The position numbers and the translations under genes were made by a program. DNA of 64,000 nucleotides from Auanema rhodensis (taxonomy: Eukaryota > Animalia > Nematoda). The notes under the pieces are model-generated. The model was not told the DNA's origin, made no database searches, and saw only the letters and a list, made by a program, of their open reading frames with translations. Position 1 is the first letter of the stretch, and each line of letters opens with the position of its first letter. Shown in pieces: positions 36,132 to 56,375 of this stretch. Location of the stretch: assembly GCA_964057225.1 (NCBI GenBank), contig OZ059899.1:6820001-6884000 (forward strand). The letters run 5' to 3'.

Positions 36132-36780
36132 ATGAATAGAAAATTGAAGATTAATACAAAAATAATCAAAATGGATGCTTCAAAGCCATCGGTTAGATAC
36201 TTGCCACTGGAAAATAATCAGGCTTTCGGAGTGTTTTATCGAGGTTAAGTATTTTAATACAGTAATTATTTGCATAATCATCATTTTTTATCAAATTTTT
36301 AGTTCGGTTTAGCGACAAATCGTTTTATAGTATTTCTCCTTCAAAAGGATATGTTGAACCGAACTCTTGTGTTATGCTGTGAGTATTTTGATTAAACTAA
36401 ACTGTTAAGCTTTAATATCATTGATATTGCATAATATTATAGAAAAATAGAATCATTGAAGAATAATACAGTAGGATTGATATCAAAGCTTGATGTGGAT
36501 GTTAAAGTAAATGGAATTGTATGTTATTTATATGACATTCGAATCATTCTATTCTCTTGTTGTCATTGTATTTTCTGTTTTTTTCTGTATATTTATATAT
36601 TTATTTCAGTATTCTCATCATTTTGAGATAATTCTTCATAATATTTCTACTAAAAATCAACGTCGCTCGTCGATTTGTTCACAAAAAGATAAAAGAACAA
36701 CAATATATACTCTGAATCAACTATGTAAAATGCTTTTAATGAACATAAAACGAAATCTTTTTGATATTTTTTGGAAATAA
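36132..36780 (+). CDS. Small MSP (major sperm protein/PapD-like) domain protein, 4 exons
   Basis: MNRKLKINTKIIKMDASKPSVRYLPLENNQAFGVFYRVRFSDKSFYSISPSKGYVEPNSCVMLKIESLKNN...IYSHHFEIILH...IFWK*. The L.N...+.++...Y.+.P..G.+.P pattern is that of MSP domains. A TTTTCAG acceptor sits ~15 nt before the ATG. Confidence 0.7.
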
Positions 36781-37411
36781 TGTATATGATACTAGATTTT
36801 CAATTTTTCCTTTTCTTTATCCATTTTTATAAATAATGGATTAAGCATGTATGTATATAATTGATATTTTAATTTGTCTAACTGTAATATTACATTCATG
36901 TCAATTCAATGTTTACTTTTGAAAAAAAAATAAACAATTACAAAAAGATAATTTAAAATTTATAAATAAAAAAATAAAAATATATGTTAAGATATTACAA
37001 TATAAAAATTTTAAAAAAATATATTGGATTTGAATATCATCAGTGTTATCGCTTTCGCAAATTTGGTCGTGACTAAACTCAGTAAGTTTCTCTTCTACAT
37101 TGTCTAACACAAATCGCCCGATACTTTTCATACGAAGCCGCCCACATACATAGTAATTTATATTATGCAAAAGTGATAAATTTAATAGAAAAGATATTAG
37201 AAATGGTTAAAAACTTTAAAAATTAAATAAATTAATTGTAATTATTATATTTAAAAAGAAAAAGATTAAAAATCAATTGTAATATCTAAACTAATGATAA
37301 AGTGATGATTAAAGCTACATTATATTTTTGAAGAAGGGCAATTAATTATGAAAAATAAAATAATGAAAAAGTAATAATAAAAATAGTTGATAAGAAATAT
37401 AAAAATAATAT

Positions 37412-43803
<6,392 letters not shown>

Positions 43804-44008
43804 GATGCTCACACGTTAAAAGTTACAAAAACTCTTTCTAATACCAACTATATAAAATAAAATATATCTGAAAATAAATATTGTAAGAAATACTAGAGTA
43901 CACTAATAAATTCTAGTGTTTGAGCTTTAACAAAAAGTCATTTTTATACAAAACTCTAAAGGAAAAATGATTTTTGAATCACTGTATCCAAACTGTAATA
44001 CGTCCGCC

Positions 44009-44018
44009 CTTTTATATA
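44009..44018 (-). promoter_or_regulatory. Probable TATA box of the P-glycoprotein gene
   Basis: Minus-strand TATATAAAAG followed by GGCGG, ~140 bp upstream of a TTTTCAG acceptor (43868) and ~205 bp upstream of the ATG. Confidence 0.4.
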
Positions 44019-45193
44019 AAATGACATCGGCTTTGAATAAGTAATTTTTTAATTCTGATTATAAAAATCAGAGAAAATGTTAGACTCTGTTGACACAATA
44101 TTGCACAATATCAACTCATACCACGACATTTCTAGTTTGAATAGCTTTCGGAAAAAATTATAAAATCAGCATATATCACACATCATTATCAGTTCTATCA
44201 TAAAATGTCATCATCGGTATAATATGTGTGGTCTAAATAGAAACTATATAATAAAAAAAAATAATTTATACTAACTATTTAACTCTTCAAACTTATTTCC
44301 GTGCATTATGATGTATGATTCAAATTTTGCATGCAATTTCAAGAGCATTAACAAGCTTTTTTTTGTTTCAATTCACTAATGCTCTGAATTATCCCTTTTT
44401 GGAAAAGTTGTACCTTGTATTCTTCTTCAATAACAAACTTTTTTTCATAATTTTACAATTGAACAACTGTATTGAACAATATACATTATAAATCTCAATT
44501 TTAAAATGTATCATCATCTATTATCTTGTTATGATTATTTTCTTCCTATCCCTATTTAAATTTAAATAAAAATTTTTTATTATCTTACTGTATATAATCT
44601 TCATATTATATTTTGTCATATAAATTAAATAAACTCATATTATATTAAGATTTATTAATTTTTTTTTCTTATTTACATTATTATACCCGAAAGAATAAAT
44701 TTTTAGATTAATTCTAAGGATATCTTTTTAAATAAAATATTCTTAACTAGTTTTGTCTAGAATCTATTAGCGTTCATTTACAAATATAAAAGATATTTTT
44801 AAATGAAATTGAGAATTTTATTATAAATTGTGAGCAATACAATGGGAGAAAAAGGGAAGAATGAAGAAGAAGAAGAAGTAGTAGAAGAAAAGAGAATAAA
44901 ATGGAATGTTCAAAAGAGAATATAACAAAATATTTCAGGAATAACCTGATGCCTGAATATTATTATTATTACCCGTATACTTATACATATAATTATTATT
45001 ATAATACTAATACAACTTAATTTAATGTAATTTCTTCTACTAACTTCTTTTCAAATAAACTGTTTTGATTTAATCAAAAGTAGGTAGAGGGACACAGTGA
45101 TAATCATGACGATTGCATTAGGTGAATCACCAATATAACCCGATAATATTATAACCATACGACCATTATAATAATAAATATTATTATTATTTT

Positions 45194-46946
45194 TTATAAA
45201 CTAATAACTAAAGTTATTATAAGAAATAATGGCCATATACTTATTATATTTGATGAAGCTAAGGAAAAACTTTTATATGCAGGAAAATGATGACGAATAT
45301 GATGAAAACCATCTAAATCCCATCCTTGTAATGCTGGCTCATGTGGCGTGAAGAATCGGAAATGCAATCCTTCGTGGAATTTCATTTTATCAAATAAGTC
45401 CTGAGTATGATATTCACTGAAAATAAGCGTTTGAGAAAATATTTAAAAATCGTCAATTCATATAATATAAGAATTATAAATAAGTTTGTGAATATTCTTT
45501 AAGTTTTATACTCACCTAAATGGAGCATTAACAGTGATATTATTACAATTATTTTGAGCTGTACAAATGCAAGTATTAGCTTTTTTGGCAACCTGAAATT
45601 AAAAAAAAAATAATTATTAGTATTAGGTATAATTTTGATCCAAATATTAATAATATATAGTTTAAAATATATATTAATTTTGTTCTCTGCAATTTAGACT
45701 AAAAATTTGTCTCGATATGGGGGTGTCTAAATGATATGCGAATGATATTTAAACTATATTCTGATTTTATGATTTATAATATATAATTCTAGATAATCCA
45801 CAATTATTATTTTTCGTTTGAAAAAACGTAAATGCGTAGATTTTTTAAACAAAAGTACTTCTTAGGATGAGAGAGTAAATGAGAACAAAATTCAATCGAA
45901 TGCAACCGCTTTCTTAGTATTTTTGATACAAAATAAAAATTTTGGAGAGGTTAATGATGTAATACTTGAAGATTCTCACATGTTTCTTAGAAATTAGCAG
46001 TGAATTGTAATTGAAGATTCTAATTAATGTACATATAATTATAAGTATGTATAGTAAACTTTATTATTTTTATATTATTTAACTTTATTTTTGTTAATTG
46101 ACTTTTATCAAAGCTAATATTATATAAATAAATATAAATCTCACCTCACATAGAAGTGTTTCGGTACCAGTTGCTCCAGCTAAAGCTTTCTTCTTCTTCT
46201 GGACTTTAGCCATTCGATCATGCTCTTCTTGTGTAATATTCAAGCATCCAGCAGTATATAAGAAATATTTATTATCTTTATGCTGTCCTGTAAAACATGT
46301 ATATAAAGAGGAAGATGAGAGTATATAACATATATATAATATTTGTTTGTTTGAACTATAATGATATAACATTTTAAATTTAATGTGTATCATGAATATG
46401 CATATTAAAATTTATAATCTATGTATATAATTATAAATTACTGTAACACATGATCGTGTTATTATATAATTAACTTACTCATAAAACATGCATTTCCTTG
46501 ACAAGTAACTTTAGCTGTACTACATCCAGAAACAGTGATATAGCCAAGATTATCATAATCCATACAAAAAACACATCTAAATTAATAATTTAAAACATTA
46601 AATTAGAACTTTTTGTTATAAATAAATATATATATCCTCTAATATAACTAAAGTATTATATCATATTACATCCATATCTATTGAAATTGAAAGTTTAAAT
46701 TGTAAACTTTTATTTCTTTTCACTTTTGGAAAATTAAATTAAACTCTTTTAAATTTCTCAAGAAAATGATATTTAAAACGAATAAACGTGTTTTTCATAT
46801 ATTTAATTTAAAAGTAATAAAGCTTACGTTATCATTCGATTAACATCAAAGTTTTGAAATTCTTGGACAACAACTGGATTCGCTTTATTCGCTAATATCA
46901 TAAAATCTTGTAAAAAATATAGAAAGCTTATCAAGGAGAATCTCAT
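45194..46946 (-). CDS. Secreted/GPI-anchored Ly6-uPAR (three-finger)-like protein, 5 exons
   Basis: MRFSLISFLYFLQDFMILANKANPVV... (signal-like), then a 10-Cys domain TCVFC...GC...TCQGNACF...AGCL...LCE...TCIC...NCNN ending in the LU-type C-N motif. The C-terminus is hydrophobic (...SSNIISIWPLFLIITLVISL*). The ATG follows a TTTTACAG acceptor directly. Confidence 0.8.
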
Positions 46947-47902
46947 CTGTAAAATTATTTTTATTTGAAACTGAATTTATAACTAATTAATTATTTATAA
47001 TATATACAAAACATAAGAATAAGAAATAATCTGGATGAAATAAAGAAAAATATTGTTTTAATGCTCATTAATAGAAAATAAAAATTAGTTTCATTTCATA
47101 AATTAATGTTTTTTTTGCAAAAAAAAAAATTCAATGTCAATTCTACAAAATCAAAATGATAATGACGAATGAAAACAAATGAATACATAGATGGTAAAAT
47201 AGAAGCAAAATGACAAAATGAGATATTAGAATCTCAGAGGCGGAACTTGAAAATTAAAAAAAAAATATTACATAATCTTTAATTATTATAATATACATAT
47301 AGTAAAAACTTCTAGTCATATATTTCAAAGCTCATAGATACATGTGTTTGTATTTCAAGCTTTTTTTCAAGTTTATTTGTGTAACTTTATAAATGAAAGA
47401 TACATACATAAATATATCAAATTTCTAAAATATTGTGAGAGAAAAATTTAAAAGAAAAAGTTTCATTAACGATGGTTAGATGATCATCAAAATAATAATG
47501 ATGAATAAGGATAATTTTTAGTTTATGGGTGGGGAGTTCGAACCAAAGATCACGACAATTAATTTGATCATGTTTCATATTGTTAATTAAATAAATTTAA
47601 TTTTCAACATATTTATTGAAAAATATTTCATGTGAGTCAAATACAAAAAAAAAACGAAATATTGAAGATATATATTATTTGTCATATGATTACATAAAAA
47701 ACAGAAAAATATTATATACTACCAACTTAATTGGAAAAAATCTCATAGAATTCAGATTGTAGATGGAAAAGTATGATGAATGTAACGGACAGCGATGATT
47801 ATATAAAAAAAGATATATTCAATGAAAAGTATGATGTTTAAAGCTGAAAGGGGAAAGGAGGGGAAAAGACAGATAAAATATGAGAATATATAAGTGAAAA
47901 AG

Positions 47903-47912
<10 letters not shown>

Positions 47913-47965
<53 letters not shown>
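47913..47965 (+). repeat. (AG)n microsatellite
   Basis: Uninterrupted AG run ~1 kb upstream of the Ly6-like gene. Confidence 0.97.
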
Positions 47966-47967
<2 letters not shown>

Positions 47968-49605
47968 TACGAAAGAAGCAGGATTAAGTCAAATCAAATG
48001 AGAAACTATATATTCAATAACATATTCATGCAAACAGTATATGTATACATGTATAACTATATGTACAATGAATGAAATAATGATGTACTACTAGTAATAT
48101 ATCAAAAGTAGAATAGATTCATCATTTAAATCGGCAAATAGAATGTCATTTAATCAAATTATTTAAAGGTTTTTTGTCATTGCAAAGATAATTAATAGCC
48201 AAGTAAATTGCTCTAACATTTGAAGAAAGAAGGTCAGTAATAAACAAATTAAATTGTTTTTGCTTGTAAGTTATACAAGCTCAATATAAAGTCTGGGAGA
48301 CTTATCCAAAATATTTATCAAGTAGTAAGCTTTGAAAGAGTTCCAATATGCTTCAAACCAAGTTTACGAGCATCATCTAGTAAGCAGAAGAAATTGAAGA
48401 ATTAAGGCCAAAAACGATAGGAGATGTTCAGATAAATGTAAAATGAGAAAAAGAAAAAGAATTCAAGCTTTAAGCTAAAACAGTTAAGCTTTCAAGACAA
48501 TATGAGAAAGAGTGACGAAAACATTGGCTTATGTTCCATGATAATTATCAAGATAGGCAAGGTCACAATAGCATATTCAAGGAAAGCAAGGGGTGTAATT
48601 TCAGTACGTTTACGTGACACTGATTTGCAAAATGTTAGAAAGGGGAAGGAAAAAGAGAAAAAGAGCATAGGATGAAAACGGAAATGGAGGATGGAGATGT
48701 AGTTGAAGTTAAAGGGGTTGTAGACGATGAAGTAGAAGAAGAAGAAGAAGAAGTAGATGAAGAAGAAAGAAAATGAAAAAGAAAGCCATGATGATGTAAC
48801 AAGAAATAGAAATGGTTCAACCAAATTGAAAATAACTTTAAGGCCATATGCAAATATGGCATGCTGTATGTTCGTTCATTCAATGAATGTTCTCTATCAG
48901 TTTGCTAGAAAATTCAATTTATGTCATAGATTTTAGATCAATTAAATTATATAATATATACTTATATATATATATATATGTGTGTGTGTATATTTACTAT
49001 AAATGATAATTCTAATATAAAATATCTTTTTGGAAACCTTTTATGTAGGTTAGATGTTTAATATTTAGGATTTAAGAACTATATATCTATATATTATAAT
49101 ATATATGAATAAACAAATTATAAAGATTATAAGATAAATGAAGATGATATATACAACTTACACATAGATGTATACCTAGAAATCTAATATTATATATATA
49201 AAAGTCAAAAATTCATAAATTATCTGACAAATTATTATTATTATTAATTAAATAAAAAGTTTAAGTGCTTGCTTATGTATGATGTAATGAATATTATAAC
49301 ACATTATACTAAAGAGAATGAGATGATCGAAGGGATAAAATAGGAAGAAAGATTTGAAAATAAGTATCAGATGCAGAATACATACATTTATACATTAAAA
49401 TAAAACTATTTATAAGTAATTTATACATATATGCATAAGATATATAAAATTATTTTGCATCAGGAAGATTTCTGCTCATTCCCTTTCTATTACTGAAATC
49501 TCTTATTCTCTCGTTGTTCGTCATCATTTACGGTTTCCTATTCATACCTTCTTTCTATTTTTCTATTTTTCCTCTTGTCCTTACACATCTTTTTCTTTCA
49601 GTTAA

Positions 49606-49672
<67 letters not shown>

Positions 49673-49680
49673 TTCTCTCT
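49606..49680 (+). repeat. (CT)n microsatellite
   Basis: Long TC run. Confidence 0.97.
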
Positions 49681-52600
49681 TTTATTCCAAACTTTTAGAT
49701 ATTAATTGCGGTTACAACTAAAAGGACAACTAAATTAGCACAATATACATAGTAAATAAGTGATTCATTATTGATTTTATTATTAAAATATTTAAATAGT
49801 TTATCACATAATTATATATTGTGATGAGACAATTTCATGATATTTAAAGAAATTAAAGATAAAATACATGATTTAACAGTGAAACATTAACAAAAAAGAA
49901 AATAATTTAATTAAACTTGTGCACATCATGATACACTACTTTTAATTTAACATTAGAACTTTAAAAAGTTCAATAAAGTTACAAGATTAAATTTTTATTT
50001 CTTAACGAAATCGATGTCAAGTTGTAGATGTTTATAGAAAGCTTAGTACGATATACAATCACATGCTGGTTCTATTATTTTGTGGAAACAACAGGATGTT
50101 GCTGATCTTTTCTTGCTTGAGTAAACCAAAAAATGAAAATTGAAGTGCTATTCTTTTCTTTCCTTTTTTTTCTTTACTCATTTCAAAATGTCATTAAATA
50201 GGGTTCTACAGAAGTTTTTGGTTTTTCTGCGAGAATGGAATAGCAAGTATTCACAAGTAAGAAGAAAAAAAAACAGAAATGAAAGAATGAAAAGCGGAAA
50301 AAAAGAAATTTACTTGACTGGACAAGTAAAATGCGTTAAAGAAATAACTCAAGCTTTCTATCAGATCCTATAAATGTTTGTTGTGGTTTTCGCGGCAGCT
50401 TTAAAGTTTTCCTATCTTTTCTCTCTTTATATCTTTTGCTTTTTCTCAGTATCTATGCCATTTCCAGCATAGTTCCTATGTATTGCAGTAAGCACAGAAG
50501 AAATATTGACAAGAACTGACTGACTAATTCATGATGACATTTTTGCTCAATCTTATTTTAAAGTAATAAAATAATAAATAAAAAAAAATAATGTAATAAG
50601 AAATATGAATGAGAAATATATCGATATATACTTAATAAGGCATAAGTAAGTAACGAAAAGTTCATAAATTTCCATCGTTTGTCCTTTTTGATCTTTCTCA
50701 TCTCTCATTTACTCGTAAGAAATACATAGTTCAATAATAAAGTTAGCATATTATATAGATCTGAATGATTAGTATGCTGAATGTAAATTATGGCATAAAA
50801 GTTACAATAAACAAAATGAATTCTTCAATAATTTGATTTTCTACTATAAAATATCTAAATAGATAATAAAACAAAAAAAAATGTAATCGTTTAATATTAA
50901 AGTTTTATAATAAAAAAAATATTTAACGTTGATGCGAAATATTCTTTCATCACGTCATTGTATATAACTGACATGTGAGTGATATTTTCGTACAAATAAA
51001 CATGGTATATCTATTAAGAAAAAAAATTATTTTAAATGAAAGAAGTTTTTATATGAAAATTGAAAATAAAATGAAAACAAATATACTTCTTACGTCTTTG
51101 GAGGAATTTTTATTTTTTTTATCAATTTAGAGATTTTTAAACATAATGATGCCTTTTTACTTCTTTTTTTTTTGTTTGATGGCAATGAATGACGTAATAT
51201 AAGAATTTTAGTAAATCGAACAGTAATGAGACGTTTGTTGATACTATTTTCAATGAATATGCTTTCAACACTAAATTCAATATAATAAAGAAAGAAAAAC
51301 CTAATAGAAACTATAGATATCATGAAGAACATAGTCATTGAATATTCTTTTTCTGAAGCAGAATGCTCCCAACATCTTATCCGTTTCATGTGTCGCAGCC
51401 GTTTTGAATAGGCTCAAAGTACACGAGATCGGTTATAAGGAGATGCAGCTGAGAATCTATGACCTTCTAAAACGAAATCAAAAGGTTTATAAGTATCAAT
51501 TGAGAATTCTGAGTACTGTTCAAACAAAATCATCAATAACACACCCCCTTCCTCATTCTTTTGAATGTCGTTAGAAAATTTACGACAACAAAAAAAACAA
51601 ACATGAAAAATGAAAAAAGCTAATAATTCATTCAAATTCATTTGTAAAACTATTTTTTTTTCTTTTTCTTTTTTCAAATTCATTTGTTATCATATCATTC
51701 ACATATACATATATACACACATGCATTACTAGTGCATTACACAAAAAAAATTTTTACTATTGTTTACGAAGAATAAATAAGCATTTTCAACTTGTTCATA
51801 CATCATAGAAGGCTTCATCTGGCCATACAAATTTTTTCTTTAGCAAGGAAGACTTAAAACTAATTTACAGCTTTAAACGCTGAGCTTAAGTTAATATGAA
51901 TATTTGAAATACACGATTTAAGATGTTATTTGAACTATAAATAAGATTATATAATGAATATTTGCAATGAAAAAATCCTTTATATCTTTTGTGTGGATAT
52001 TTAATATTAACTAGTGAGGTAAGCTAAAAATAGAAATCATCTATATATATATTGAAATACTACTTCAATGAAAAACAAATGTTTCTAAACATTTTCAGTC
52101 GAAGTTCAATTTCAATATTCTGTACATCAAAACTGAGAGTGTAAAGTTCGAACAAAGTTTAAAAATGAAAAAAGGAAAAGCGACAATTGAGAACGGTTAA
52201 TCCAATATTCAGTAATTAATTGTGAAAGGAGGAGAAATAAATTAAATTATAGATTGAAAAAAAGAAGTAAAAATGGGCACCAACTGAAAAGAAAAGTCAG
52301 CAACAGCTGAGAGGAAGTGTCTGATTTCAGGTTTTTGGCATTCAAGCACGAGCAGGAGGGAGAAGAGTGACGTCAAAAATAACGTCATTTAAGTCTGTAT
52401 AAGTAATTTTCAGTACGAGAACAAGAAAAAAATGAAAAGAGTGAAGCTTTAATAGCTATATATAAGTTTTTTGAGGAAAATAATGGAACATTTCGTCTAA
52501 TACTTCTGGGATATGAATATTGGAAGAATATATTGAATAGGAAATTAACGACTGCTCAATTCAAAGGGTGAATGAGAACAATAAATCTTGAAAAAAAGCT

Positions 52601-55600
52601 GTATATATATTTAAAAATTATATATATACCATATATACCATATATATAAATATATAGTATATATATATGAATGAATATAAATATCATCCTAATATATCAA
52701 AAATATAATAAATTCATGAATTGAATATGAATGAGCAATTGTTTATGCATAATTACATGAAATCTGGAAAGTAATTATAAGAGGATAAAGAAATCTTACA
52801 ACAACGAAAATTTATTGAAAAACTAAGAAATACAGTGTTCTATTCCTGAATATAATAATGATTTAAGTACTATAAATCTATATTTCAAATAAAGAATAAT
52901 AAAATTAAAATATATATTTTTATATATTTAAAAAAAAAGAGGAATAAGACTTTTTTCGATTTTTGTTGAGCAAAAAAAGGTTAGAATATCTTGAAATATA
53001 TCTTTCTATATATAGTATAGTATATGTATGTATATAGATGTAACAGAATATATAACATATTTTGAATTTCGAATACTTCATATTACACATACATACATTT
53101 ATAAATGTTTTTCAATTTAGGTATGAGAAATTGATATTTGAACTTCAATAGATATAAGTAACAATAGAGAAAATCAAGGAATTTTAAGAATCTATAGACA
53201 ATGTATAGAGATGTTCACACATAATCGTGTTAATTTTTCAAAGGATTTCAAAGTATTTTCAGTGAAAAGTACATTAAATTGAAAATTCACATAGAAAATG
53301 ATTGTTATGCTAACAGTTCAGATATTAATGCAACTAAAAAAGAAGCTCTTTGAAGTTTGAAACTCGTTCAGTTTCATAGCTCATCATTTCGTCATTTTTG
53401 TTTTTTTTCTTTTGAGAATATGATGATGAAAAGAAAAAAAAAAGAAATATGATATGGTGTTAAGCATAATAATTATACATATATATAGTTAGATGTTCAT
53501 ATGTTGCATATACATGTGTATATTGCAAAGAGTAGTCCCTGAAACAAAGAAGAAATCGGGTGTGGGGGGGAGGGTGGTGGTGTAAAGCGGAAATTCTTAT
53601 ACAATTTGTTTATTCTTCAGTGTTTTTTGACGACTGATAGTTTTTGGTTCTCAGACAATTTTCTTCAGTTGACGAATGAAGCTTTCAATGATAGCATGTA
53701 TACTTGTAATTATGATAAGAAAAATCAGATAAATGGAGAGGACAATGAAGGCTGCACGAGCAGACAGAAACAAGAATATTATTATTGCTTTCAAGTAAAA
53801 ATAAAATATTTCTTCACGTTTAACGAAGAAACTAACAGAATATTAGCTTCATCACTTAACTAATGTTTGCAACAGCGAAAATAAAAACATTTTTTTCTAC
53901 TCTGAAATGTAGACATAAACCTTTTTCTGAAGAAAAGATATTGAACTTTAGCTGAAAATGCGAGAAAAAATTCAAAAACTTAAGTAATTGTGCAGTTTTG
54001 CCAACGTTTTTTTTTGACGCGATGGGGGGGTGCTGCAAACATTTAAATAGTTTTTGATGCTTCTAAAAAAAGGAAACGAAAAATTCCAAAAATCATTTTT
54101 GAATCTCCTCACATTCCTTTAGAAACAATTTCCTTCAAAAATCACATAAGGAATAACAAATATAATTTTGAACGAAGTTTTTGAATAATATTAATAATTA
54201 AAATGATTATTATAACAATTGGCATATCTTTAAAAAATTTATATTTAGTCAATAATGAATAGAAAATTTGAAGAAAAAAAAACATCTGAATACAAGTTTA
54301 TAAATAAGTATATAAACTTATTCTGAGTATAAATTTAAATACGCTCTCATCTCATCATTCAATGCATAAATAATTTTGGAAAATATAAAAGAAAAAGCGC
54401 TTTCAATCCAGAGAAGCTAGAATAAGCCAACAATAATATCTAATGCTATCAGATGTCCTATCATCTAATGTAAAACTACAAGTCTAATCCAAAGTAAACT
54501 GGATAAGCGTTTCCAGGAGATTTTGTTGAAAAACGTTTATAACAGTTCAATTCCTTCTTTTCTAAAAGAAGATTATATCAACAAGTGATTTTTATTCTAA
54601 ATTCTTGGAAAGTTGTACAAAATAAGAGTTCAAACATCCAAAATAATAATGCATCTCCTAAATTTCAACAAAATTTCATGATATTTTGGACAATTTTAAC
54701 AACAAGTTTTGTTGGTAAAATGGTAATAAATATGGTTAAAAAAATGAAAACCTTAAAATTTTATATATAAATATATACGTAAATAATTATCAAAGAAATA
54801 TCAATGAAAAACAAATAAATAGCAGATCTTTAAAAGATTTTGCATTTGTTTCCAATAAAATATTTAAATGTTTAATATACCATGAAAATGTTCTTTTTTT
54901 TCTTTATTTTTGTCATTAGAGTTTTTTTACACATTAACTATACATAAGTGAGCATGTTATTTCCTAATAAATTCTCTAGAAATTATAGAAAATTGTTTTT
55001 GGAGAGAATGTAGAGTCAACTTACTTCAGAGAATTATGTATATTTACATGTATTAAACCATTGATAACAAAAAAATGTTTAATTTAAATTTAAAATGAAT
55101 TATAACATTGTGAAATAAAATATCAAATAAGCTTTGAGTGTGCTTTCTTTTCACAGACTCACAATTGTAGATTTCTAATTAAAAATGTTGGAATATCAGA
55201 ACAAAAACTAAGGTCATTCAAAATATTAATTGTCATCCGAATCAACATACATTTATTATGAAATCATAAAAAGAACCATTCAATTAACTAAATATCTCGT
55301 GTTATCTGAATATTCAAGCTTTCTTAATTTGGATTATTATAATGAAAAATAATTGTTGAAGAAGGCTAGAATAAACTAGAAAATTCTAATTTTTGTATGA
55401 TTTGCTATTGAAAAGAAAAGACTATAGTTTATTTAATTTATTTATATATACTATACGTCATAGTAAGTAGTGGCTACTATTGCTATAATTCCATAATTAG
55501 AAAATATATTTGTTTATGATTACTTCATTCCATGCATATATCTAGCTTTCAACGATGAATTCAAAAATTGACATGAAGTTATTACTGATTTGCATCAGCA

Positions 55601-55675
55601 ACGACTAAATTTTTTTTCAGAAAATAAAACTTAATTGTTCTAATATTCTATATTTAATATATAAACATACATATA

Positions 55676-56375
55676 CAGTCCTGTGCGATGAAGGTTGCAC
55701 ACCCCTATGTTAGAGGCCCCAGATTTCCCCTTCAAACTACAAAAAAAAATTTTTTTTTAATTTCAAAAATTTTGCGAGTTTATATAGTATATAGTCAGTA
55801 AAAATAAATGTTAATACAATAAAAACTGATTTCAATATTATTTTCTAAATTTATAAAGAAAAATAGTGTTTTTTGACTAATTTGAATAATTCATCTTAAT
55901 ATAACAAAATTTGAGATTAGGAAGAAGTTAATTCATTAGAAATATTTTAAAATGATTCTAAACACAGAGCTCGATCAATAACCAAGTTTTTCCTATGGCA
56001 TAGCTTCAAACAAGTAAGCTTCATCATCTGAATCTTACTGAATATCTATGAAGAGAACTTGGTTGACGTACAACCAAATTCTCCCGTTTAAAAGAAAAAT
56101 TGATGTTTAGGGTACTCCTAACATTCTATCAAAAAATTATTTCTGAAATCTTGATGAAATTTCTGAAATTCATGAAAAAAGACTTCAAGCAGTTTATGAA
56201 AATTTCGGAGACTTCAGAAAATACTTTTAAACATGATTTTCAAAACTTTAAAGATTTTTTCTGAATTCATTATCGTTTTTTAACATCCAAAATATATTTT
56301 TTCTGAATTTTTGTAGTTTGTCTGAGAAGGTATAAGGGATTCTAGTGGGTGTGCAACCTTCATCGCACAGGACTG
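55676..56375. mobile_element. Non-autonomous Tc1/mariner-superfamily DNA transposon (MITE), 700 bp
   Basis: Perfect 29-bp terminal inverted repeats CAGTCCTGTGCGATGAAGGTTGCACACCC (55676-55704 and 56347-56375), TA on both flanks, CAGT termini, and a shared subterminal CAAACTACAAAAA. No transposase ORF inside. Confidence 0.92.

Noticed and set aside
48492-48883. Ser/Phe-rich overlapping minus-strand ORFs
   Set aside because: They derive from a GAA-rich low-complexity purine tract and have no splice structure.
53862-54043. 10-bp inverted repeat AATGTTTGCA...TGCAAACATT enclosing ~180 bp, possible mini-MITE
   Set aside because: The repeat is too short, there is no clear target-site duplication, and there is no second copy in the window.
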